Of a stretch of DNA of 64,000 nt, positions 20,040 to 29,087 are shown one piece after another. Below the pieces are notes generated by a model. It ran no database searches and had not been told where the DNA came from. It saw only the letters and a list, made by a program, of their open reading frames with translations. Positions within the stretch are counted from its first letter, which is position 1. Every line of letters starts with the position of its first letter. This stretch comes from a virus (Duplodnaviria; Caudoviricetes): positions 32,001-96,000 of IMG/VR virus record IMGVR_UViG_2806311071_000002. The stretch is one strand, 5' to 3'. Both the position numbers and the translations under genes were made by a program.

Positions 20040-20303
20040 TTATATTTCATTTTTATCCAACTTCATTTTAATAAAGAATTTTGTATACCCTATGTATTCC
20101 CTTTTGTATTTGCTTCCCTTCTTATCGGAGCCGGCATCAACAAATTCAAAGTATTTTTCTTTTATCGGATGTGCGCACACATAACCAATTTTCTCTTTTT
20201 CTATAATTCTTCTAACTAAACTTACTTTATTAAAATCAGTTAATGAAATTGTATTGTTCATACAGCTTTTTGTTCTAATCATTGGCCTCTCCTTCTTGGT
20301 CAA
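20040..20303 (-). CDS. Hypothetical protein (yopW slot)
   Basis: Operon position. Confidence 0.4.
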   Translation of the reverse strand: MTKKERPMIRTKSCMNNTISLTDFNKVSLVRRIIEKEKIGYVCAHPIKEKYFEFVDAGSDKKGSKYKREYIGYTKFFIKMKLDKNEI

Positions 20304-20454
20304 TTTGTATCTCTGCTATGTACATACCTTCATACGCATAATCGATTATTGAATGAAATAGCCCTACAACTCTTCTCATTTCTTTTTTGTCTTTGTGAAT
20401 GAGAAGTGTATCATATGCGTCTTTTAATTTACTCAACTTTTCATCAAGGAGCAT
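20275..20454 (-). CDS. YopV-like small protein (59 aa)
   Basis: Manual translation MLLDEKLSKLKDAYDTLL... Confidence 0.5.
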   Translation of the reverse strand: MLLDEKLSKLKDAYDTLLIHKDKKEMRRVVGLFHSIIDYAYEGMYIAEIQIDQEGEAND

Positions 20455-20574
20455 TGCTTTTCTAACTCACCACCAGATACTTATTTTTTATATTTAACTA
20501 TAATTTACGCTACAAAATAATCTTTGTCAATCAAATTCGATCATATTTTTTTCCAGATGACCGAATTTGATTTT

Positions 20575-20793
20575 TCATTCTGCAAATTTAAATATTATTT
20601 CATTGATATGATCCCTTATTTTCACCAGATTTTCTGGTGTTACGGACACTGTTACGTCTACATGTTTGCCATTAAAGTTTAAAAGGAATTGATATTGCTC
20701 TGATGTCAAAATCTTTTTAGTTAGTTTGAGATTAACGGTGTTGTAATCCTGAAGATCAACAAACAATTTCACGTGTTCACCTACAAGCTCCAA
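20575..20793 (-). CDS. YopU-like small protein
   Basis: Synteny. Confidence 0.4.
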   Translation of the reverse strand: MELVGEHVKLFVDLQDYNTVNLKLTKKILTSEQYQFLLNFNGKHVDVTVSVTPENLVKIRDHINEIIFKFAE

Positions 20794-20849
20794 CTACACT
20801 GCTGTAATGCACATGCTGTAATTCCATGGAGTCTTCCTATTTTTTTTAT

Positions 20850-21071
20850 TTAAAGTACTTCTTCAGTATTAGATACCTCATATTCAATGTCATTCAATTT
20901 AAATTTCTCAACTTTCCCGTCTGCCTGCAGAAAGCATACTTCCCTGGCGACCATGAGTTTTTCACACAGTCTTTCAGCAAGGCTTTGAGAAACCTCTTCG
21001 TTTTTTGCTTTGTTTTTAAGTACAATTTCTAGATGTAGTGATACATTGTTCAAATAACCTGCCATCCTCAT
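20850..21071 (-). CDS. yopT: YopT-like protein
   Basis: MAGYLNNVSL...; divergent from yopS. Confidence 0.6.
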   Translation of the reverse strand: MRMAGYLNNVSLHLEIVLKNKAKNEEVSQSLAERLCEKLMVAREVCFLQADGKVEKFKLNDIEYEVSNTEEVL

Positions 21072-21111
21072 TCTCCTATACTATGTTTTTTCTCTCCGAC
21101 AACCTTACAAG

Positions 21112-21125
21112 GGAACAAGCGTTCT
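21112..21125. promoter_or_regulatory. LexA (Cheo) box
   Basis: GGAAC-AAGC-GTTCT matches GAAC-N4-GTTC, upstream of yopT. Confidence 0.6.
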
Positions 21126-21242
21126 ATTTTGTTTGATAACATTATACAATTAATATGAGTGTAACGCTAGTGGTTATTTGAAGTCATCGTATGATATGTA
21201 TTATGTCTTTCCATAACAGAACTAGCAGGAGGATGTCCGATA

Positions 21243-21467
21243 ATGATTAAAGTTGGGATCGGGCAATGCTTGATACCTGAACTTTGTAGAAAGAAAGACA
21301 TTACAATTAATGAACTTGCTGAAATAACAGGAATCAAAAAGCAGCAATTGAGCGATTATAACCGGATGAAAAAAGTCGAGATGACTATCAGAACAGCTAA
21401 AAGAATCGCTGAAGCATTAGATTGTAATGTGGAAGATCTCTATGAATTCAAGGTTGAACGGCATTGA
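21243..21467 (+). CDS. yopS: Xre-family HTH regulator
   Basis: ITINELAEITGIKKQQLSDY...IAEALDCNVEDLY. Confidence 0.8.
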   Translation: MIKVGIGQCLIPELCRKKDITINELAEITGIKKQQLSDYNRMKKVEMTIRTAKRIAEALDCNVEDLYEFKVERH

Positions 21468-21687
21468 GTTTCGACTAAGACAAATGTCCTGGTCTCCTCC
21501 TGAGTAAACCATACGGTTTACACGACTATTTTACTACATGCTGCCATTGGTGGAAAGAACTTATTTTGGCATATTGTGTCTAGTTTTGTCGAATGTCGAA
21601 ATTTTTCATATGAATATTAATATTATGCATATTTTTTATTTTTGAACATAACAAAACACCCAGCTTTAAGCTGGGCAGGGAAAAAAT

Positions 21688-22680
21688 TTAAATTAATTCT
21701 TCTTCTTTTAAACCTAACTCTTCTGCATAAAGCTTTTTTATCACTTCTTCATTAACGTAATCTTTCATACTGTAAACAGCCCTAGATCTATTACTAACAA
21801 CTAAATTAAAATCATCGATGATCTGGTATCTAACGGCATTATCGACAACGCCTCTTTCTTTATAAAGCTGATACGCTCGATAAAGATGACCTGACCTTAC
21901 AATTGTATTAGGCGTAAGAAAGTTTATTTTAAAGAATTCTGAGATATCCGTAATTAAATTTGTGATTATATGTCTACCGGCTTGCCCTTCATTTTTTCCC
22001 CGAGTTATTTTAGTTTTTATTACATAGTCATTGTCCACCAGGGAGACTTCTTTTGCCCAGCCTTCGCCTCTACCATTTTTCAATTGATACATGGTTTCCT
22101 TTGAAGCGTTTAATGCAATTATGAGACAATCACTACTAACTTTTAATTTGCGATCTCCATTCTTTATGTCATGCAATGTTAGAACATTACCGTTTAGCAT
22201 TGCTTCTTCAATTTGTTGCCGTGAAAGACTAAGAAGTTCGGAGTGCGCCATACCTGAGATACCTTCAAACAAACATCTTAGAACTGCTTTCGATTGATAA
22301 TTGAGCAGTTTTTCTTGCATCTCTTCCAGTTCACTATAGGAGATGTATAATTTTTTACCACCTAAGCACCCATATAGCTCTTCATTCGATATAGTTCTCG
22401 CTAAATTTACAGTACCCTTGCTCAAATTATAAGATGCTGCCCAATCGATATACATTGACAATAATGATAATGTTCTTTTTACACTCCCAATTGTTGTTTG
22501 ATCGAATGATCGTATTAGCTCTAAAATCTGTACTGAAGTGAAATCATAAATATCTTTTTTATAAAGATTTTCCGTTATTTCTGATTTTGAGAACAAGGGT
22601 CTCAACTGGTGAGCTACTGCCTCTGTAACAGAATCTAAATACTTTTCCTTAATATCACTATTGAACATTGCATCAAACAT
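21688..22680 (-). CDS. yopR: Integrase-fold master repressor (MrpR/SroF)
   Basis: Tyrosine-recombinase-like, but LFEGISG/TIVRSG lack the catalytic R and H; last gene of the sro operon. Confidence 0.85.
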   Translation of the reverse strand: MFDAMFNSDIKEKYLDSVTEAVAHQLRPLFSKSEITENLYKKDIYDFTSVQILELIRSFDQTTIGSVKRTLSLLSMYIDWAASYNLSKGTVNLARTISNEELYGCLGGKKLYISYSELEEMQEKLLNYQSKAVLRCLFEGISGMAHSELLSLSRQQIEEAMLNGNVLTLHDIKNGDRKLKVSSDCLIIALNASKETMYQLKNGRGEGWAKEVSLVDNDYVIKTKITRGKNEGQAGRHIITNLITDISEFFKINFLTPNTIVRSGHLYRAYQLYKERGVVDNAVRYQIIDDFNLVVSNRSRAVYSMKDYVNEEVIKKLYAEELGLKEEELI

Positions 22681-22688
22681 CTCCTAAG

Positions 22689-24080
22689 CTAATTAAATTG
22701 CTGCTCTATCTCAATTTCTCTGAAGAAGTCACAAATTTTTTGAGGAGCTCTCGGAATACCGTTATTATCAATGACCCCAAGCTCCTTCCAAAGAGGATTG
22801 TCTTTTCTGAAATCAATTGGTTTTAGTATCTCTTCGACCTTATTTTCTACATCATCAATCGATACATCTGATTCCTGTAATCGTTTCGCTAATTGAACAT
22901 AGCCGTTAAAAAACAAATTGGCGTTAACAAGAGATCGCTTCCGTTCGTCTGCAATACTGCCTAAAAATTCATCAATATAAATATTGGCCATAGCATCAAA
23001 AAAGGCACTTAAGTATCTCCCGGTTTTCAAGATGTCTGCTTGATTGCTAAAATCCTTTTTAGAATAGTTGCGTTCAACAGCTTTCTTGAAATCCGAAAAA
23101 GTAATTAACAGGTTTTGCCCGCGGTTGATCCAGTCACTGTTGGTCTTAATGTAATCGCCAATGAGACTGTTATCTTGAATAAACTTAACGATCTTATTCG
23201 AGAAATAATGCTGACTCATCTCAGCAACCTTAGATTTTTTCACTGGGTTTATAGTGTTCTGTTGTCCAAAATGCTCTCTAGCCTGTTTTTGAGTGTAATT
23301 GTATATGTCTACTTTGAACACACGCTTTAGCAAATGCTTTAATTCAGGATGTTGTCTAATAGCAGTGGTTATCCCGATAAGTCTATGATACCCGTCCAGC
23401 ACGTCCAAAATTGTACCTTCAGTTACTGTTAAAGACATATTTTCTTCGTCATATATTAACTCAATTCCTTCATCCGCGCTGCCTACACGTGCATTAAAAG
23501 TGAACATTGAGCTTATTAATTTTCCCTCTTTAAACAACTCTTTAATTTCATCTACTGATTTTTTATTTAATTCAGGAACGGGTATTTCAATATCAGTTCC
23601 TTCAAGTTTCTTGGTTTTATTTGTTCTTTGAGCATTCGGATTATAATGAAGTAGCTTATTTTCAAATAGACGATAAAGCTCTTCAGCAGTAATCTGGAAT
23701 GTTAAATTGCTATCTGAGTATTTAACAGCGTTTTTAAAGGTGTAAGGAAGTTTAATTTCGTCTTCCACTTCACCTTCCCAAAGCGTTTCAATATCCTGCA
23801 TATCGGCTTCAGTAAAATAATTGGCAGGGTTAAACCTTTCTGATTCAAGAATCTTGAATAGGCATTTAGCTAAAAAATACATGTATTCTTTAGAAAGGTC
23901 TAACTCTGGATTTTCTAATTCGTTAATTATTTTTTGTGTTGTACCAGGAGGTATTTTGAACTCCGCCATACCTATTTGGACATCATTTATAAAAGAGCGT
24001 ATATGTTTTTTTTCAGAAAACACGTCTCTCATTTCGGTGAGCAATTTCTCATTTGCAGATTGGTCAAATATTACCGTCAT
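22689..24080 (-). CDS. yopQ: DndB/ParB-like (DGxHR) repression protein SroE
   Basis: YNPNAQR, VLDGYHR, HFGQQN. Confidence 0.85.
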   Translation of the reverse strand: MTVIFDQSANEKLLTEMRDVFSEKKHIRSFINDVQIGMAEFKIPPGTTQKIINELENPELDLSKEYMYFLAKCLFKILESERFNPANYFTEADMQDIETLWEGEVEDEIKLPYTFKNAVKYSDSNLTFQITAEELYRLFENKLLHYNPNAQRTNKTKKLEGTDIEIPVPELNKKSVDEIKELFKEGKLISSMFTFNARVGSADEGIELIYDEENMSLTVTEGTILDVLDGYHRLIGITTAIRQHPELKHLLKRVFKVDIYNYTQKQAREHFGQQNTINPVKKSKVAEMSQHYFSNKIVKFIQDNSLIGDYIKTNSDWINRGQNLLITFSDFKKAVERNYSKKDFSNQADILKTGRYLSAFFDAMANIYIDEFLGSIADERKRSLVNANLFFNGYVQLAKRLQESDVSIDDVENKVEEILKPIDFRKDNPLWKELGVIDNNGIPRAPQKICDFFREIEIEQQFN

Positions 24081-24166
24081 TATATCACCTCATATTATGT
24101 TGCTAAAATAAAGTTACCAAAGGGAAACTTTATTATCAAGAGAAAAATAAATAATAATTATTATAA

Positions 24167-25309
24167 TCATTTCTCTTTTGATTCCGATTGGAATTTAATG
24201 AATTTATTCAGTATTGACGGTTCCACTGTTTCAAAAAAAGAAATAAAATCTTCTTTTTTAGCTTCATAAAGAATGTCAATTTCAATGTCCTCATCCATAA
24301 TAACGCCTGCAGCCTTGGATATATCTTTTCTTTTACTCATATAACGTTCAGTGGTTGCTACACTGCTATGATTACCTTGCTCCCTCGCAGCTAATATGTC
24401 GTGACCAGTGTGTTCGTAAACAAAGTCAATACCCACGCCCTTAAAAGAGTGAAATTTCAAGTCCCTCTCAGGCGGTATTCCCAACCTTTCTTTAGACCGT
24501 TTTAGAGAATGTCTTAGAGATTGCTCAGATAGACCTTTAAAAACATAATCCGTGTCGACTGCGTTTTCATCTCTTAGTTCTAAAAGCTCTTCATAAAAAG
24601 ATTTATTGATCCCAGTAGACACCACTTTAGAGCCCTTGTCTAAAACTGAAACCACATAATGACCGGTCGTCGGATCAAGTTCAAAATCAATCCATCTTAA
24701 AACTAATAATGCGCTAAGACGAAAAGAAGTTCTTGCTGCTGCCTTCACACACAGTTTTTTGTGTAATGGTTTTTGACGTTCGTTAATATACATATCTTCG
24801 GCTATAAGATCAGCTTCTTCTTTGTTTGTTCTTCCCCAATTCTTCTCAACTGTTTTCAACTTTCCAACAGAGTCAAATACGCTTAAATCAATAAATTCTT
24901 TGTAATCGTGGTTAAGGTATTTATATAGCATTCTTAAGGATGCTAATTTTCTTTTAATACTCTTATTTACAAGTCCTTTACTTTGAAGATGTTTTATATA
25001 CCCCGCAAGGTCGCTTTTAGTGATTTCTAAATCTTTTTCAGACAAATATTCGATTTCTTTTTCTTTTATGATTCTGAAAAATTGCTTTATATCACATGCA
25101 TAATTTTTTCGTGTATTAGAAACAGCAGTTAAATCCTGAGTTTGGTACTTTGAGTTACCTGAGCTGCTGGCTATGTCTTTGGTGTAGAGAAAGCTCATAA
25201 TATCCTCAAACACCTTGTATTCCTTAATAGGTTTAATTTCTGCACTCATCGTCCTGTTCCTCCTTCCGTTTAAATTCGTTATCATCAATAAGATCATCAA
25301 TGGAAACAT
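24167..25309 (-). CDS. yopP: Tyrosine recombinase-like SroD (probable start 25249, MSAEI)
   Basis: TSFRLS, DKG, FHSFK, GNHSS, TERY. Confidence 0.85.
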   Translation of the reverse strand: MFPLMILLMITNLNGRRNRTMSAEIKPIKEYKVFEDIMSFLYTKDIASSSGNSKYQTQDLTAVSNTRKNYACDIKQFFRIIKEKEIEYLSEKDLEITKSDLAGYIKHLQSKGLVNKSIKRKLASLRMLYKYLNHDYKEFIDLSVFDSVGKLKTVEKNWGRTNKEEADLIAEDMYINERQKPLHKKLCVKAAARTSFRLSALLVLRWIDFELDPTTGHYVVSVLDKGSKVVSTGINKSFYEELLELRDENAVDTDYVFKGLSEQSLRHSLKRSKERLGIPPERDLKFHSFKGVGIDFVYEHTGHDILAAREQGNHSSVATTERYMSKRKDISKAAGVIMDEDIEIDILYEAKKEDFISFFETVEPSILNKFIKFQSESKEK

Positions 25310-25466
25310 CCAGTACCAAAGCGATCAGCTTAACGGAAGTTACATCTCCCTCATGCGGTTCATTAATGATTTTCTTGAGTTTATCAATATTAATCATTGT
25401 TTCTTTTGCAATCTGTTCCATTGTGATGTTGCGTTCTTCCATCAGCTTTTTAATTCGCTTTGACAT
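25233..25466 (-). CDS. yopO: Xre HTH regulator SroC
   Basis: HTH pattern; synteny. Confidence 0.75.
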   Translation of the reverse strand: MSKRIKKLMEERNITMEQIAKETMINIDKLKKIINEPHEGDVTSVKLIALVLDVSIDDLIDDNEFKRKEEQDDECRN

Positions 25467-25516
25467 AGGATCCTCCTTATAAGTTATGTATAATAAGGAT
25501 ATGCCCGCCTCTAGAG

Positions 25517-25849
25517 CTACGGTTTATAAATAAATTGCTCAAATTCAATTGAGATATGTGTTTTTAAATTCTCCATAAAAGCTATAAGCGTAGCATAATG
25601 AGGATTAGATTCTGCAGTTCTAGACAGCGCATCTCCGCCTCTGAGAACGTGCTCTATATCCTGGAGCAATGCTTTCACTTCCATTTTTGCTTTAAATAGG
25701 TCGCTTTGAGTCTTTGCGTTAAGTATGATTTTTCTGATGTCCAAAATACTATTTAGATACGTCTCAACAGCCATATTAGTAAAGTTTTCGTCAATGCTCT
25801 TAGTACTGCTAATTTTCTTCTTAGTAGCCTTTACATCCACTACTTGCAT
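25517..25849 (-). CDS. yopN: YopN/SroB-like protein
   Basis: Synteny and size. Confidence 0.55.
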   Translation of the reverse strand: MQVVDVKATKKKISSTKSIDENFTNMAVETYLNSILDIRKIILNAKTQSDLFKAKMEVKALLQDIEHVLRGGDALSRTAESNPHYATLIAFMENLKTHISIEFEQFIYKP

Positions 25850-25854
25850 GGGTA

Positions 25855-26055
25855 CTAACCCTCCTTACACGCGCTCAATAATTTCATATAACCCTTAGTC
25901 ATTTCCTTCCTAACGGTTTCTCCTCTCTTTATTTTTTCTTTTTCTAACTCCTTTTCGTTTGCGAAGAAATCGTTATGTGCAATATTTTCAAACTTATTCT
26001 GATATAAGGTTTTATGTAATGTCATGCTGCTTTGCAAATACTTTATAGCCGACAT
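25855..26055 (-). CDS. yopM: YopM/SroA-like protein
   Basis: MSAIKYLQSSMTLHK...TKGYMKLL, 66 aa. Confidence 0.7.
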   Translation of the reverse strand: MSAIKYLQSSMTLHKTLYQNKFENIAHNDFFANEKELEKEKIKRGETVRKEMTKGYMKLLSACKEG

Positions 26056-26308
26056 AATTTCTCCTCCCGAACCTATACTTATTTTTTCTTTTTATTTCTA
26101 AATTCATTTTAATGCATTAACCCTAATAAGTAAAGATGTTTTAACGACAAATAGCACATTCTTTTTAATCTTTTTTCGAATGCGCTTGTTTCAATATTTA
26201 ATTATCGATAGTGATTTTTAGGTTTATGTAAGTGCACGGTTACTTGATCTGATGATTTTCCCTTACTTATGCGAAATTGGACTTATCTCGTGATGATCTT
26301 TAAAGCAC

Positions 26309-26341
26309 AAAAGACGCCTAGCTCAATGAGCCAAACGTCTT
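26309..26341 (-). terminator. Terminator downstream of aimP (aimX regulatory region)
   Basis: Minus strand AAGACG...GCTCATTGAGC...CGTCTTTT. Confidence 0.75.
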
Positions 26342-26372
26342 CTTGGTTTCATAATTTAATTTAATTAAGTAA

Positions 26373-26401
26373 ATAATATAATCTTCTTAATTATGTGTCA
26401 A
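26373..26401 (-). promoter_or_regulatory. SigA promoter immediately after the aimP stop
   Basis: TTGACA-17-TATTAT. Confidence 0.7.
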
Positions 26402-26406
26402 GGTTT

Positions 26407-26532
26407 TTATGCGCCTCGTGGCATTCCGGCTACTTCATATTCGCCAGAAGCTTGTTGGCTAGATGTGTTAACTCCTGCAAATGAGACAAAAAGTGCTCCC
26501 AAAATAATTGCTGCCATAACTACTTTTTTCAT
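26407..26532 (-). CDS. aimP: Arbitrium pre-pro-peptide; mature signal GMPRGA
   Basis: Manual translation MKKVVMAAIILGALFVSFAGVNTSSQQASGEYEVAGMPRGA*; signal peptide; GGAGG RBS. Confidence 0.95.
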   Translation of the reverse strand: MKKVVMAAIILGALFVSFAGVNTSSQQASGEYEVAGMPRGA

Positions 26533-26552
26533 GCTCTCACCTCCTTTCAAGT

Positions 26553-27713
26553 TTACAACGCCAGCAGATTTAAAAGCTGTTCATTCTCTCCAAGCTGCTT
26601 TAACATTATTAACGGTAATCTGATAAGAAACTTGTCATTTGATTTTTTAAAATATTCAATTGATGAGTAGAAGCATTGCTTGTCCATTCTGAGTTTTCCT
26701 TTTAAGTAATAATGCATGGCCAACTCATTATCGTTATGTTCCAAATGATCTAATTGCTCTAGGATTTCTTTTGCTTTTTCTGTATTTTTTTTATTTATAA
26801 GCATATGTGCGTATTCCTGTAAATCAATTATTTCCTTAGAATCTGTGTTTAGAAAATCGTTTTCTTTTTCCCAAACATTGTTTAAAAAACAGAGAGCTTG
26901 TCCCAATATTCTTTTATAGATGTAATTGTCCGTTGAAGCACTTAAACCCTTTAGAAAAAATTCTTTAGCTTGATTGTAATCTGAGAATAATAAGGAATTG
27001 CCAGCAGTTAGATAGCTAAAAACTTGGAACCTTTGGATATTGGTGCTGTCAATTGCTTTCTTTGCATACTCTCTACATTCACTTAACTTGTTCTCATTAA
27101 GTTTGATATTCGATTGTAAAACAAAAACTCGGGTTTGATACAGACTTTTGAGAAAAAGATTTTCTTTAACTTCAGAAAGGTCAACTTGTTTTATTAGTCT
27201 ATCCATTGGAGCAAAGTTGCCTGACTCTAGATAATGGTATAGCAAAGATATACGCGCAAAGTTGTTCATTTCAGTTGTTTTAATATTTAGTCTTCCAAGC
27301 CTTTTTGTCGCCTCAAACTCATTAATATTTCCTTGCGTAAGCTCTCTATGTATCTCGTACACCTTGCCATATTCTTTACTTTTATTATTGCTGCTTTTAA
27401 TCATTAAATTTATCAACCGGTCTTCAATTTCATAAAACTTATTCGCATCTGCATACTCTAAAGCACTTCTTGCCGCTTTAGTATTTGGATCAAGATGCGC
27501 ACAATAGTCCTTCATTAGCTCATTTTCGCGTTCAGGATACTGGCTTTTCACAATATTTACAAGAGAAGAGAATTCATTAAAAGTTTTCCCATCATGATTT
27601 AGGAAATCGTAAAGAGGGTTTGGGTTTTTAAGACCGGCTACCGTTGCCCATTTACTCATGAGTGATTTATCATTTTCTAAATCTTTCCGCATAGCTATTC
27701 TTATAAGCTCCAT
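26553..27713 (-). CDS. aimR: Arbitrium receptor (HTH-TPR, RRNPP family)
   Basis: MELIRIAM...WATVAGLKNPNPLYDFLNHDGKTF, 386 aa, directly upstream of aimP. Confidence 0.95.
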   Translation of the reverse strand: MELIRIAMRKDLENDKSLMSKWATVAGLKNPNPLYDFLNHDGKTFNEFSSLVNIVKSQYPERENELMKDYCAHLDPNTKAARSALEYADANKFYEIEDRLINLMIKSSNNKSKEYGKVYEIHRELTQGNINEFEATKRLGRLNIKTTEMNNFARISLLYHYLESGNFAPMDRLIKQVDLSEVKENLFLKSLYQTRVFVLQSNIKLNENKLSECREYAKKAIDSTNIQRFQVFSYLTAGNSLLFSDYNQAKEFFLKGLSASTDNYIYKRILGQALCFLNNVWEKENDFLNTDSKEIIDLQEYAHMLINKKNTEKAKEILEQLDHLEHNDNELAMHYYLKGKLRMDKQCFYSSIEYFKKSNDKFLIRLPLIMLKQLGENEQLLNLLAL

Positions 27714-27754
27714 TCGTTTCCCCTCTTTTCATATGTTCCTTTATTTATAATCTT

Positions 27755-27809
27755 ATAATACAGAATAAACACAATCTCGTCAACGATATAATGCTTATTT
27801 TTTATTTTT
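27755..27809 (-). promoter_or_regulatory. aimR SigA promoter with upstream SPBRE-like element
   Basis: TTGACG-17(TG)-TATTAT; AAAAATAAAAAATAAGCAT at 27791-27809. Confidence 0.7.
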
Positions 27810-27866
27810 ATCTATTTAAAATTCGTATTTTATGAAGACATGATCCTCTTAATGAGGTCATGTCAG

Positions 27867-28433
27867 TTATTTGTATTGATAGTAAACACCCTTCTTGTTT
27901 AGCTTTTCAATAACTTCGTGTTTGAATGGTTCTCCAAGAATTGCAAATCTAACTGTATAATTACCTACTAGGATATCCTGAAAAGACAGATTGGATATTA
28001 TTTTGCTGGTTTCCCCTTCCGGTTGGCGTCTAAAGAGTAAACTCTTTCTGTATTCTTTAAAGTCATTTATTTCACACTCGTTCACTTTTACAAAATGCTC
28101 AATTAAACGTTCCATTTTTTCTTTACTCGAATACATTTGTGTGAAACCAAAGTGATGAAAAGCATGACAATTCGCACAGATTAGATTTAACCCAATTAAT
28201 TTAACTACAATATTTTCATAATCATACTCTTCATGCTCATGTATATGAAGCTTGCTCGTTTCACCGTTTTTAGGCGAATATTTGCAAATGCTACATACAG
28301 GAATTTTCTTTTGTAAAATTTGATCTCTTATTTTAGCCCAAAGTGATTGCCCTATCGTTTTTCTGATTGTCTTTCCATGAAACATACCTGGTTTAGCATC
28401 AATCTTCAATTTGAAATGAGTAAAATCATCCAT
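27867..28433 (-). CDS. HNH endonuclease
   Basis: W..IR..I, CSIC, HIHEH, LICANCHAFHH. Confidence 0.8.
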   Translation of the reverse strand: MDDFTHFKLKIDAKPGMFHGKTIRKTIGQSLWAKIRDQILQKKIPVCSICKYSPKNGETSKLHIHEHEEYDYENIVVKLIGLNLICANCHAFHHFGFTQMYSSKEKMERLIEHFVKVNECEINDFKEYRKSLLFRRQPEGETSKIISNLSFQDILVGNYTVRFAILGEPFKHEVIEKLNKKGVYYQYK

Positions 28434-28460
28434 AAAATCATCCCTCTTTAAGATATTAAT

Positions 28461-29087
28461 TTATTTACGTTCTTCCCACCATGCTTCTATTTTTTCTACT
28501 CTCATTTCAGATTCTAGGTGATTGATGCTTTCATTAACCTGGTGATATTCTTTTAATAGGGCAATATAATTTTCAATTAGAGTTTTTAACTCTGCACAGC
28601 CTTCTATATAGATATACTTATTATATCTTACTTGATTTTTCCTAAGTATATCCTTTATCCAATCAGCATCTGAATATCGGATTTGAACTATGTCAAAGGT
28701 AGCCAAAACTTTTCCCAGCTCCCCTATTGCAAATTTAAACTCTAAATCAATTTTTTCAGGAAGCTTATATACATTTTCATTTTTAGTAAGATCCTTTCCC
28801 ATCCATAAAGAGTCTTTGTCTAAATATTTAGCTACACGAATTGGAACGGTTTCTTTAACATTTATAAGCTTAGCTTTTAACTTCTTTCTTTTTTTAATAT
28901 TGAAGGAAAAAAACTTATCTGATTGTTTTTTTAATGTTCTCATAATTTCATGATCAATCCAGGATTTAGCGAATTTACATAACTCATCAGTTAATGCAAC
29001 CCGAGTCTCTTTTAGTTTTTTTAAAAGTTGTTCTTTGGTTGAACTTTGCTTTTTATATGTTTCTGTATCCAACTGGGCAACCTCCAT
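28461..29087 (-). CDS. Hypothetical helical protein
   Basis: Start abuts the stop of the upstream 440-aa gene. Confidence 0.65.
   Translation of the reverse strand: MEVAQLDTETYKKQSSTKEQLLKKLKETRVALTDELCKFAKSWIDHEIMRTLKKQSDKFFSFNIKKRKKLKAKLINVKETVPIRVAKYLDKDSLWMGKDLTKNENVYKLPEKIDLEFKFAIGELGKVLATFDIVQIRYSDADWIKDILRKNQVRYNKYIYIEGCAELKTLIENYIALLKEYHQVNESINHLESEMRVEKIEAWWEERK

Noticed and set aside
21688-25309. YopR/YopP as the prophage integrase marking an att site
   Set aside because: They lie inside the sro repression operon in mid-genome, YopR lacks catalytic residues, and no host DNA flanks them
26100-26300. aimX coding sequence
   Set aside because: Only very short ORFs without an RBS; cannot support a call
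26393-26623. 76-aa plus-strand ORF
   Set aside because: Antisense shadow of aimP and the aimR 3' end
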